IMG/VR virus record: IMGVR_UViG_2563366822_000008
Length of the DNA stretch: 24,713 nucleotides
Strand: one strand, 5' to 3'
From: a virus
Lineage: Duplodnaviria; Heunggongvirae; Uroviricota; Caudoviricetes
Shown here: positions 1 through 8,194 of the stretch, piece after piece
Layout of the letters: every line of letters starts with the position of its first letter
Position numbering within the stretch: the stretch's first letter is position 1
Notes under the pieces: generated by a model
What the model was told of the DNA's origin: nothing
Database searches by the model: none
The model's input: the letters and a program-made list of their open reading frames with translations, nothing else
Made by a program: the position numbers and the translations under genes

Positions 1-219
1 GATAACAGCCCAATGGAACGCTTCTTCAGGAGTCTGAAGAACGAATGGATGCCGGTGGTGGGTTACGTAAGCTTCAGCGAGGCAGCTCACGCCATAACGG
101 ACTATATCGTTGGATATTACAGCGCACTAAGACCGCACGAATATAACGGTGGATTACCCCCAAACGAATCGGAAAATCGATACTGGAAAAACTCTAACTC
201 GGTGGCCAGTTTTTGTTGA
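1..219 (+). mobile_element. IS3-family insertion sequence, 3' part of transposase (OrfB) gene; element begins upstream of the window
   Basis: The ORF is open from base 1 and ends at TGA 217-219. Its translation (ERFFRSLKNEW...ITDYIVGYYSALRPHEYNGGLPPNESENRYWKN) has the conserved C-terminal pattern of IS3-family DDE transposases. The exact IS name and the right inverted repeat were not determined. Confidence 0.7.
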
Positions 220-1270
220 CCACTTCAAATACGAGACAACCGGAAGTGAAGAGACACTCAAGACGGTTATCAATACCGACTGGGGATTACCTTATCTTCC
301 CCGCGCCAGCATGGAGCAACGAAAAAGTGAATTGCTTGAGCAGCGGGCAGAGCCAGTTCCTTCCCGCAGTGTGCCGGATGGCGTTAATTTCCTTGTGGCG
401 ACAGTGGATGTGCAGGCGGGACGTCATCGCCGTTTTGTGGTTCAGGTAACGGGCTATGGCAGCCGTGGCGAACGCTGGATTATTGATCGTTACAACATCA
501 CGCAGTCATTGCGCGGTGACAGCGACGGGGAGAGCCAGCGAATTGATCCGGCCAGCTATCCGGAAGACTGGGATGTCCTGCTGACGGATGTTTTTCATAA
601 AAGCTGGCCGCTGGCCTCCGACCCTTCTCAACAAATGCGACTGATGGCAATGGCGGTGGACTCCGGCGGTGAAGACGGGGTCACTGATAATGCCTATAAA
701 TTCTGGCGTCGTTGCCGTCGTGATGGCCTTGGTAAACGTATTTACCTGTTTAAGGGCGACAGCATCCGGCGCGCAAAACTGATCACCCGTACATTCCCTG
801 ATAACACCGGACGAACGGGCCGACGGGCGCAGGCCGCAGGTGATGTGCCGCTCTGGCTTCTTCAGACGGATGCCCTGAAAGACCGGGTGAATAACGCGTT
901 ATGGCGTGACTCGCCAGGTCCCGGCTATGTGCATTTCCCTGACTGGCTGGGGAGCTGGTTTTACGACGAACTGACGTATGAAGAGCGGAGCAGTGACGGG
1001 AAATGGAGTAAGCCGGGTCGCGGTGCCAACGAAGCTTTTGACCTGATGGTGTATGCCGAGGCTCTGGTCATTCTGCATGGATACGAAAAGATCCGCTGGC
1101 CGGATGCACCGGAGTGGGCGAGCCGGGAAACCTGGCTGGAGTGTGTCCCGGACAGTACCGAACCGTCACCCTCACCGGAACCGGTACCCACGCCTGTTAA
1201 AAAACAAAAACGGAAGAAAACAGTAACTGACGATGTTAACCCCTGGCTGACTTCCGGAGGATGGTTATGA
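220..1270 (+). pseudogene. Terminase large subunit (lambda gpA family), 3' fragment (roughly the C-terminal nuclease half) truncated at its 5' side by the IS
   Basis: The translation aligns by eye with the C-terminal half of lambda gpA (VATVDVQ...WIIDRY, HFPDWLG, EAFDLMVYAEAL motifs). There is no start codon or N-terminal ATPase region; the upstream frame runs straight into the IS transposase reading frame. The 5' boundary is approximate. Confidence 0.75.
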
Positions 1271-1479
1271 ATCAGAATGATATTGAAGCCATGATTCAGC
1301 GTTATACGGAAGCTGAAATGGCGGTGCTGGACGGAAAATCCGTCACTTTTAATGGTCAGCAGATGACCATGGAAAACTTATCTGAGATCCGGCAGGGGCG
1401 GCAGGAGTGGGAGCGCCGCCTTGCGGCTCTGATTACACGACGACGGGGGCATCCCGGGTACCGGCTGGCGAGGTTCTGA
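1267..1479 (+). CDS. Head completion / head-tail joining protein, gpW-like (about 70 aa)
   Basis: Small ORF between terminase and portal, the position of lambda W. GGAGG at about 1255-1259 precedes ATG 1267, and ATG 1261 is too close to the RBS. Sequence similarity to lambda W is weak; the assignment is by size and synteny. Confidence 0.55.
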   Translation: MNQNDIEAMIQRYTEAEMAVLDGKSVTFNGQQMTMENLSEIRQGRQEWERRLAALITRRRGHPGYRLARF

Positions 1480-2987
1480 TGGCATTTCTTGATGATGTGA
1501 TTGGCGTTTTTTCACCAGGATGGAAAGCGGCAAGGCTGCGTTCCCGTGCGGTGATCCAGGCTTATGAGGCCGTAAAAACGACGCGGACACACAAAGCCCG
1601 ACGGGAGAACCGAACTGCCGACCAGTTAAGCCAGTACGGGGCCGTGTCGTTACGTGAGCAGGCTCGTTACCTTGATAACAACCACGATCTGGTCATTGGT
1701 GTATTTGACAAGCTGGAAGAACGGGTGGTGGGGAAAAACGGGATTATTGTCGAGCCACATCCGGTATTACGCAATGGGGCCATTGCCCGTGATCTGGCAG
1801 CGGAGATACGTACCCGATGGAGTGAATGGTCTGTCAGTCCGGAGGTCACCGGGCAGTTTACCCGTCCGATGCTGGAACGTCTGATGCTGCGTACCTGGCT
1901 GCGCGATGGTGAGGTGTTTGCCCAGATGGTTTCCGGGCGCATAAACAGCCTGACGCCTTCTGCCGGTGTTCATTTCTGGCTGGAGGCGCTCGAGCCGGAC
2001 TTTATTCCCATGACCAGTGATGAGAGCAACAGGCTGAATCAGGGCGTGTTTGTTGATGACTGGGGGCGTCCCGAAAAATATCTGGTGTATAAAAGCCGTC
2101 CCGTATCCGGGCGGCAGATGGAAACCAAAGAAGTGGATGCAGAGCGAATGCTGCATCTTAAATTTGTTCGCCGTCTGCACCAGATGCGCGGGACGTCTTT
2201 GTTGTCCGGTGTGCTGATCCGCCTCAGTGCTCTGAAAGAGTATGAAGATTCTGAGCTGACTGCAGCAAGGATCGCCGCTGCTCTGGGGATGTACATCCGG
2301 AAAGGCGACGGACAGAGCTATGAAACGGATGGTAATGACAGCAAGGAGAATGAACGCGAGCTTACCATTCAGCCAGGCATTATTTACGACGATCTGAAAC
2401 CCGGCGAAGAAATCGGAATGGTGAAGTCGGATCGCCCCAATCCTAACCTTGAAACTTTTCGTAATGGTCAGTTGCGTGCCGTGGCTGCGGGCAGTCGTCT
2501 GAGTTTTTCCAGTACAGCGCGCAACTATAACGGCACTTACAGCGCCCAGCGTCAGGAGCTGGTTGAATCTACTGATGGCTACCTGATCCTGCAGGACTGG
2601 TTTATTGGTGCCGTCACCCGCCCGATGTACCGTGCCTGGCTGAAACAGGCTGTGGTATCCGGTGTTATCAGGCTACCCCGCGATCTGGACCGATCTTCAC
2701 TGTATACCGCGGTGTATTCCGGACCGGTGATGCCGTGGATTGACCCTGTTAAGGAGGCTGAGGCCTGGAAAATTCAGATTCGTGGTGGAGCGGCGACAGA
2801 ATCAGACTGGGTACGTGCAGGTGGTCGTAATCCGGATGATGTCAAACGTCGGCGCAAGGCCGAAATTGATGAAAACCGCAAGCTGGATCTGGTATTTGAT
2901 ACCGATCCGGCCAGTGATAAAGGAGGCAGCAGTGCCGCAACGAAACGACAGGAGCCGCAGCACACCGACGACCAGTCCGAAGAATAA
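1479..2987 (+). CDS. Portal protein
   Basis: 502-aa ORF in the portal position; its ATG overlaps the upstream stop (TGATG at 1477-1481). Not obviously lambda B-like in sequence, so the family is unassigned. The ORF-track start at 1407 is an upstream extension overlapping W. Confidence 0.8.
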   Translation: MAFLDDVIGVFSPGWKAARLRSRAVIQAYEAVKTTRTHKARRENRTADQLSQYGAVSLREQARYLDNNHDLVIGVFDKLEERVVGKNGIIVEPHPVLRNGAIARDLAAEIRTRWSEWSVSPEVTGQFTRPMLERLMLRTWLRDGEVFAQMVSGRINSLTPSAGVHFWLEALEPDFIPMTSDESNRLNQGVFVDDWGRPEKYLVYKSRPVSGRQMETKEVDAERMLHLKFVRRLHQMRGTSLLSGVLIRLSALKEYEDSELTAARIAAALGMYIRKGDGQSYETDGNDSKENERELTIQPGIIYDDLKPGEEIGMVKSDRPNPNLETFRNGQLRAVAAGSRLSFSSTARNYNGTYSAQRQELVESTDGYLILQDWFIGAVTRPMYRAWLKQAVVSGVIRLPRDLDRSSLYTAVYSGPVMPWIDPVKEAEAWKIQIRGGAATESDWVRAGGRNPDDVKRRRKAEIDENRKLDLVFDTDPASDKGGSSAATKRQEPQHTDDQSEE

Positions 2988-3000
2988 TTCCTGGTTCAGG

Positions 3001-4971
3001 ATGCAGGCAGGTCACCAGAGTGACGCGGATATTTATATTTATGACGAGATTGGTTTCTGGGGTGTTACGGCGAAGCAGTTTATCAGTGATCTGAATGCAC
3101 TGGGCGATATCACCCACATTAATCTCCACATTAATCTCCATATTAATTCACCGGGTGGCGATGTCTTTGAAGGCATCGCCATTTTTAATGCACTGAAAAC
3201 ACATGGTGCGTCCATTACCGTTTATGTCGACGGTGTGGCGGCGTCAATGGCGTCGGTCATTGCGATGGTGGGAAACCCGGTCATTATGCCGGAAAACTCC
3301 TTCATGATGATTCATAAACCATTTGGCTTTACGGGCGGTGATGCGGAGGACATGCGCACCTATGCCGACCTGCTCGATAAAGTTGAGGCGGTTCTGTTAC
3401 CCGCTTATGCACAGAAAACCGGGAAAACCACCGATGAAATTGCTGCCATGCTGGCGGATGAGACCTGGATGTCCGGTGCCGAATGTCTGGCACAGGGATT
3501 TGCTGATCAGGTGACACCAGCCGTTAAGGCAATGGCATGTATTCAGTCAAAACGTACAGAGGAATTTAAAAAGATGCCGGAATCCATTCGAAATATGATT
3601 ACTCCGCCACGCAACAGTGCTCCACGCGTACAGGATGATGGACCTGCAGCCTCCCGGACGCCAGTGCAGGCAGCAGCACCCGTGGTGGATGAAAACAGCA
3701 TCCGTGCGCAGGTCCTGGCAGAGCAAAAAGCGCGTGTAAACGGTATTAATGATCTGTTTGCCATGTTTGGCGGGCGTTATCAGTCGTTGCAGGCTCAGTG
3801 TCTTGCCGATCCTGAATGTTCGCTGGAGCAGGCCCGCGAAAAGCTGTTGAACGAGATGGGGCGCGAGTCCACGCCATCCAATAAAAATACCCCGGCTCAT
3901 ATTTATGCCGGTAACGGTAATTTTGTGGGGGACGGGATCCGCCAGGCGCTGATGGCGCGCGCCGGGTTTGAAAAAACTGAACGTGATAATGTCTACAACG
4001 GGATGACCCTGCGTGAATATGCCCGTATGTCACTGACTGAACGTGGTATTGGTGTTTCCAGTTATAACCCGATGCAGATGGTCGGTGCGGCGTTCACACA
4101 CAGTACGTCTGACTTCGGTAATATTCTGCTGGATGTTGCGAACAAAGCCATTCTGCAGGGCTGGGAAGATGCCCCTGAAACCTATGAACAGTGGACGCGG
4201 AAAGGTCAGTTGTCTGATTTTAAAATTGCCCATCGTGTGGGTATGGGGGGCTTCAGTGCTCTGCGTCAGGTGCGTGAAGGGGCAGAATATAAATACGTCA
4301 CCACCGGAGATAAACAGGCCACTATTGCACTGGCGACCTATGGCGAGCTGTTCAGTATCACCCGTCAGGCCATTATCAATGATGATCTGAATATGCTGAC
4401 CGATGTCCCGATGAAGCTGGGCCGTGCGGCGAAATCCACTATTGCCGATCTGGTTTATGCCATTCTGACGTCTAACCCGAAAATCTCCACAGATAATGTA
4501 AGTCTGTTCGATAAAGCGAAACATGCAAACGTACTGGAGAGCGCGGCAATGGACGTGGCATCGCTGGATAAAGCCCGCCAGTTGATGCGCGTTCAGAAAG
4601 AGGGTGAGCGTCATCTGAATATTCGTCCTGCGTTCGTACTGGTACCGACGGCGATGGAGTCTGTTGCTAACCAGGTCATTCGCTCCTCAAGTGTCAAGGG
4701 GGCTGACATTAACGCCGGTATTATTAACCCGGTGAAAGATTTTGCGACCGTTATTGCAGAGCCTCGTCTTGATGATAACAGCCAGACCACCTTCTACCTG
4801 GCTGCGTCCAAAGGCTCCGATACGATTGAAGTGGCTTATCTCAACGGTGTGGATACGCCATATATTGATCAGATGGAGGGCTTCAGTGTGGATGGCGTGA
4901 CAACGAAAGTGCGTATTGACGCTGGTGTTGCGCCAGTTGATCACCGCGGCCTGGTGAAATGTACGGCGTAA
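3001..4971 (+). CDS. Prohead protease (ClpP/S14-like) - scaffold/linker - major capsid protein fusion
   Basis: The N-terminal ~180 aa carry ClpP-like motifs (INSPGGDV, ASMASVIAMVG, MMIHKP), followed by an Ala/Pro/Gln-rich linker, and the C-terminal ~330 aa are capsid-like. Start taken at ATG 3001, just after the portal stop. The track ORF 2740-4971 includes a 5' extension inside the portal gene. Confidence 0.8.
   Translation: MQAGHQSDADIYIYDEIGFWGVTAKQFISDLNALGDITHINLHINLHINSPGGDVFEGIAIFNALKTHGASITVYVDGVAASMASVIAMVGNPVIMPENSFMMIHKPFGFTGGDAEDMRTYADLLDKVEAVLLPAYAQKTGKTTDEIAAMLADETWMSGAECLAQGFADQVTPAVKAMACIQSKRTEEFKKMPESIRNMITPPRNSAPRVQDDGPAASRTPVQAAAPVVDENSIRAQVLAEQKARVNGINDLFAMFGGRYQSLQAQCLADPECSLEQAREKLLNEMGRESTPSNKNTPAHIYAGNGNFVGDGIRQALMARAGFEKTERDNVYNGMTLREYARMSLTERGIGVSSYNPMQMVGAAFTHSTSDFGNILLDVANKAILQGWEDAPETYEQWTRKGQLSDFKIAHRVGMGGFSALRQVREGAEYKYVTTGDKQATIALATYGELFSITRQAIINDDLNMLTDVPMKLGRAAKSTIADLVYAILTSNPKISTDNVSLFDKAKHANVLESAAMDVASLDKARQLMRVQKEGERHLNIRPAFVLVPTAMESVANQVIRSSSVKGADINAGIINPVKDFATVIAEPRLDDNSQTTFYLAASKGSDTIEVAYLNGVDTPYIDQMEGFSVDGVTTKVRIDAGVAPVDHRGLVKCTA
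3114..3150 (+). repeat. Tandem direct repeat: CCACATTAATCTC x2 plus a degenerate third copy, in frame (encodes HINLHINLHINS)
   Basis: Read directly at 3114-3139 (two perfect 13-nt copies) and 3139-3150 (diverged copy), immediately before the INSPGG motif of the protease. Confidence 0.9.
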
Positions 4972-4994
4972 ACGTCGCAGACAACAACTCTGAT

Positions 4995-5014
4995 GGCCCG
5001 TAAGGGCTTTTTTT
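4995..5014 (+). terminator. Candidate intrinsic terminator or attenuator after the capsid gene
   Basis: GCCC-GTAA-GGGC short hairpin (4996-5007) followed by a run of seven T (5008-5014). The stem is only 4-5 bp, so this is probably partial. Confidence 0.4.
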
Positions 5015-5025
5015 GTACCTGAAAT

Positions 5026-5044
5026 CAGCCCCTGAACGGGGCTG
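5026..5044 (+). promoter_or_regulatory. Stable hairpin directly upstream of the RBS of the next gene
   Basis: CAGCCCC-TGAAC-GGGGCTG, a 7-bp perfect stem, located about 14 nt before ATG 5058. No T-run follows, so it is unlikely to be a terminator. Confidence 0.4.
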
Positions 5045-5057
5045 TGCGGAGACAGTT

Positions 5058-5381
5058 ATGGCAAAGAATTTTGTAGAAGAAGGAAAAACGGTGGCAATTG
5101 TTGCCAGTGCAGCCATCAGCAGCGGAGATCTGGTGCAGGTGGGTGATGTTTTTGCGGTGGCGTTGACCGATATTCCACAGGGAGAAACAGGCGACGGCAT
5201 AACCGAAGGTGTGTTTATGCTGTCTAAGCTGAAAACGGATGACATGAAAACGAGTAAGAAGGTTTATCTGAAGTCAGGAAAAGTTCAGCTGACTAACAGC
5301 GGCTCTGATCCGCTGGTCGGGGTTGTATGGGCAGATGCCGGAACCAGTGCAGAAGAAGTGCCGGTAAAACTCAATGTCTGA
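5058..5381 (+). CDS. Putative head decoration / capsid cement protein (small protein after the capsid gene)
   Basis: 107-aa ORF with GGAGA upstream of ATG 5058; the position after the major capsid gene is typical for decoration proteins. Function is inferred from position and size only. Confidence 0.55.
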   Translation: MAKNFVEEGKTVAIVASAAISSGDLVQVGDVFAVALTDIPQGETGDGITEGVFMLSKLKTDDMKTSKKVYLKSGKVQLTNSGSDPLVGVVWADAGTSAEEVPVKLNV

Positions 5382-5649
5382 TCCCTTTTCCCGGCTGGCA
5401 GTGCGTATGGATGCGATCACGGTCAGAAAGATGGGAAAGACAGCCTCGATTAATGATGTCGATATGACTGTGATCCCGGGAGAAACACTGGCAGAGCTGA
5501 ATGCTCTGTCCGGACCTGCGGTCTCTCTGGTGGTGTTTTCTTCGGGATACCGCCCACGGCGCGGGGATCGCGTTGTTTATGACGGACAACAATGGACGGT
5601 CACACGGCATGAACGTTTTAACGGTAAGCCAATGATCTTTATTGAGTAA
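5374..5649 (+). CDS. FII: Head-tail joining protein, FII-like
   Basis: 91 aa. The C-terminal segment RRGDRVVYDGQQWTVTRH parallels lambda FII RRGDTLTIGEENFWVDRV. It lies immediately upstream of Z as in lambda, and its start overlaps the upstream stop (ATGTCTGA). Confidence 0.65.
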   Translation: MSDPFSRLAVRMDAITVRKMGKTASINDVDMTVIPGETLAELNALSGPAVSLVVFSSGYRPRRGDRVVYDGQQWTVTRHERFNGKPMIFIE

Positions 5650-5660
5650 AGAGGTGTGGG

Positions 5661-6239
5661 ATGAAGGGGCTTGAGAATGCCATCCGCAATCTGAACAGCC
5701 TTGATACCCGTATGGTGCCACAGGCCAGCGCATGGGCGATAAACCGTGTGGCACAGAAAGCGGTCTCGGTTGCCACCCGGCAGGTTGCCGGGAATACCGT
5801 TGCGGGAGATAACCAGGTGAAAGGGATCCCCCTGAAACTGGTACGTCAGCGTGTCCGGGTGTTTAAAGCCAGTCCGTCAGGAAAAATGACGGCCAGGATC
5901 CGCGTTAACCGGGGCAATCTGCCCGCCATTAAGCTGGGGACAGCCCGGGTCAGACTGGCCCGGCGTGGTGGAAAACTGCAGTACCGTGGCAGTGTGCTGA
6001 AGGTGGGTAAATATCTTTTCCGGGATGCGTTTATTCAGCAACTGGCGAATGGTCGCTGGCATGTGATGCGACGTATTGATGGCAAAAATCGTTACCCCAT
6101 TGATGTGGTGAAAATCCCGCTGTCCGGACCGCTGACACAGGCATTTGAAGATGCCCGCGACCACATCATTGCTGCGGAAATGCCGAAACAGCTGGGGTAT
6201 GCACTGAAACAACAACTGAGGTTATGGCTGACCCGATGA
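5661..6239 (+). CDS. Z: Tail completion protein Z
   Basis: 192 aa, collinear with lambda Z (MKGLE.AI.NLNSL..., NGRWHVM.R..GKNRYPIDVVKIP, LGYAL..QLR). RBS AAAGAGG upstream. Confidence 0.9.
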   Translation: MKGLENAIRNLNSLDTRMVPQASAWAINRVAQKAVSVATRQVAGNTVAGDNQVKGIPLKLVRQRVRVFKASPSGKMTARIRVNRGNLPAIKLGTARVRLARRGGKLQYRGSVLKVGKYLFRDAFIQQLANGRWHVMRRIDGKNRYPIDVVKIPLSGPLTQAFEDARDHIIAAEMPKQLGYALKQQLRLWLTR

Positions 6240-6637
6240 ACCGACATACACAAATCCGCCAGGCCGTACTGGCACTCCTTCGGGAACAGTGTGGAGACAG
6301 CGCCACGTTTTTTGACGGGCTTCCGGCATTTATTGATGCGCAGGAACTGCCTGCCGTGGCGGTGTGGCTGAGTGATGCTCAGTACACCGGAAAAATGACG
6401 GATGAAGATGACTGGCAGGCTGTTCTGCATATTGCCGTCTTCATCCGGGCACAGGCACCGGATTCAGAGCTGGATATGTGGATGGAGAGCACCATTTTTC
6501 CTGCCCTGAATGATATACCGGCACTTTCCGGACTCATCGACACCCTGATCCCACTCGGTTTTAACTATCAACGTGATAATGAGATGGCCACCTGGGCGAT
6601 GGCGGAAATCACGTACCAGATCACGTACACGAATTAA
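6236..6637 (+). CDS. U: Tail terminator protein U
   Basis: Aligns with lambda U (ATFFDG.PA..D....PAVAV.L..A.YTG, PDSELD.WMES, IPALS.LI, TY.ITY). Start ATG 6236 overlaps the Z stop (ATGA). Confidence 0.9.
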   Translation: MNRHTQIRQAVLALLREQCGDSATFFDGLPAFIDAQELPAVAVWLSDAQYTGKMTDEDDWQAVLHIAVFIRAQAPDSELDMWMESTIFPALNDIPALSGLIDTLIPLGFNYQRDNEMATWAMAEITYQITYTN

Positions 6638-6647
6638 GGAGGTGGTA

Positions 6648-7391
6648 ATGACCACACCAAATCCACTGGCAAAGACGAAAGGTGCGGGGACGACGTTCTG
6701 GATGTATACCGGCAACGGCGATGCGTTTGCGAACCCTTTGTCGGACACTGACTGGCTGCGTCTTGCGATGGTGAAGGATCTGCAACCTGGCGAAATGACC
6801 GCTGATGCAGAAGATGACACTTATCTCGATGATGAAGATGCAGACTGGAAAACGACAACCCAGGGGCAGAAATCCGTTGGTGATACTTCGGCGACGCTGG
6901 CCTGGCGTCCGGGTGACAGCGGGCAGAAAAAACTGGTTCAGTTGTTCGACTCCGGTGAAGTCTGCGCGTTTCGTATCAAATATCCCAACGGCACTGTTGA
7001 TGTTTTCCGTGGCTGGCTGAGCTCACTGGGTAAAACCATTGCCTCAAAAGACGTGATGACCCGCACTGTGAAAATCAGCGGTGTGGGGCGTCCGTATCTG
7101 GCAGAGGAAGGCACTGAAACCGTGAGCGTTACCGGGCTGACAGTATCACCGGCGTCTGCCAGTGTAAAAGTGGGAGCAACCACCACGCTGACCTTTACAG
7201 TAAAACCTGACGGAGCCAGTGACAAAGCGAGCAGTGTGCATTCGTCAGATCCACAGACTGCCACGGTTACCCTGAACGGACTTGTGGCCACGGTAAAAGG
7301 CGTGAAGCAGGGCAGTGTCAGCATTGTGGGCATGACCGCTGACGGGAATTTTGTGGCTGTGACTGCGGTGACTGTCAGCGCAGCAGGTTAA
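6648..7391 (+). CDS. V: Major tail protein V with C-terminal Ig-like (Big_2-type) domain
   Basis: AGGAGG RBS 6638-6643, ATG 6648. N-terminal tube domain and a Thr/Val/Ser-rich C-terminal Ig-like region as in lambda V. Confidence 0.85.
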   Translation: MTTPNPLAKTKGAGTTFWMYTGNGDAFANPLSDTDWLRLAMVKDLQPGEMTADAEDDTYLDDEDADWKTTTQGQKSVGDTSATLAWRPGDSGQKKLVQLFDSGEVCAFRIKYPNGTVDVFRGWLSSLGKTIASKDVMTRTVKISGVGRPYLAEEGTETVSVTGLTVSPASASVKVGATTTLTFTVKPDGASDKASSVHSSDPQTATVTLNGLVATVKGVKQGSVSIVGMTADGNFVAVTAVTVSAAG

Positions 7392-7411
7392 CAGGACGAT
7401 ACTCATCATTT

Positions 7412-7436
7412 GCCCCGGTTATGCGGGGCTTTTTTG
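7412..7436 (+). terminator. Intrinsic terminator after V
   Basis: GCCCCG-GTTATG-CGGGGC hairpin (7412-7429) followed by TTTTTT (7430-7435). Confidence 0.65.
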
Positions 7437-7448
7437 CAGGTGGAGAAC

Positions 7449-7856
7449 ATGATGTTTCTGAAACAGGACACGTTTAATTATGAAAAACAGTCCGTGGTGC
7501 TCAGTGAGCTGTCCGGGCTGCAGAGAATTGAATATCTGATGTTTGTTCAGCAGCGAACGGCAAAGTTTGATGCCGGGGAGGGAGAACTGCCGGAGGCTGA
7601 ACGACAGATTGCTTTTCTGCGGATGGGGATGGATATCAATGCCTGGCTGGTTTCCCGCTCACTGTGGAATGCGGAACAGTCTCAGGATGTTGAGACGCTT
7701 TACGCATCCGTTATTACAACATGGTCGTATGATGCCCTGGGGGCGGGGGCGGGGGCGGGGGCGGGGGCGGAGATGGTTCTGTCGCTGAGCGGTATGGGGG
7801 CCATTGATAATGCCGGGGATTTGGAGCATGAGGTGCTGACGCCGGAAAAGTCCTGA
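7449..7856 (+). CDS. G: Tail assembly chaperone G
   Basis: MMFLKQD...LSELSGLQRIE matches the lambda G N-terminus (MFLK...LSELSALQRIE). GGTGGAG RBS. Stop TGA at 7854-7856. Confidence 0.85.
   Translation: MMFLKQDTFNYEKQSVVLSELSGLQRIEYLMFVQQRTAKFDAGEGELPEAERQIAFLRMGMDINAWLVSRSLWNAEQSQDVETLYASVITTWSYDALGAGAGAGAGAEMVLSLSGMGAIDNAGDLEHEVLTPEKS
7739..7769 (+). repeat. (GGGGGC)x5 hexanucleotide tandem repeat inside G, encoding (Gly-Ala)5
   Basis: Read directly: five G5 tracts separated by single C. In frame, giving GAGAGAGAGA in the protein. Confidence 0.95.
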
Positions 7857-8194
7857 CGCGGGAAATGCAGTTTGTCATGCGGCTTGCCCGGGAGTTCCGG
7901 CGGGCAGACTGGCGGCGGATGCTGTCGGAAATGTCGGCCACTGAGCTTGGTGAGTGGGGCGATTATTTCCGGATGCAGAGCTTCAGTGATGTGTGGATGG
8001 ATGCGCAGTTTGCCTCGCTGAAGGCATTGATCGTGAGAATGGTGTCCGGCAGCAGTGATGCTGCGGTGGCTGATTTCAGCCTTTTACCGGAAGAGAACGG
8101 GATACCGGAGCGAACGGACGAAGAACTGATGCATCTTGGGGAAGGTATTTCCGGAGGTGTGCGTTATGGACCAGATAGCCAACCTGGTCATTGA
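7832..8194 (+). CDS. T: T segment of the tail assembly chaperone G-T fusion, predicted to be expressed by -1 programmed ribosomal frameshift from G
   Basis: The -1 frame relative to G is open from 7832 (after an in-frame TGA at 7829-7831) to 8194 and overlaps the last eight codons of G. The only candidate slip site in the overlap is GGAAAAG at 7844-7850. Position between G and H is as in lambda. Confidence 0.6.
   Translation, partial: GADAGKVLTREMQFVMRLAREFRRADWRRMLSEMSATELGEWGDYFRMQSFSDVWMDAQFASLKALIVRMVSGSSDAAVADFSLLPEENGIPERTDEELMHLGEGISGGVRYGPDSQPGH

Noticed and set aside
1407-1478. 5' extension of the portal ORF to 1407
   Set aside because: It overlaps the 3' end of the W-like gene; the ATG at 1479 is coupled to the upstream stop.
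2740-3000. 5' extension of the protease-capsid ORF back to 2740
   Set aside because: It overlaps the portal gene in another frame, and the encoded extension is Arg-rich nonsense; the ATG at 3001 directly after the portal stop is the more plausible start.
7714-7941. ORF on the - strand encoding a polyproline tract
   Set aside because: It is the reverse complement of the (GGGGGC)5 repeat inside G, not an independent gene.
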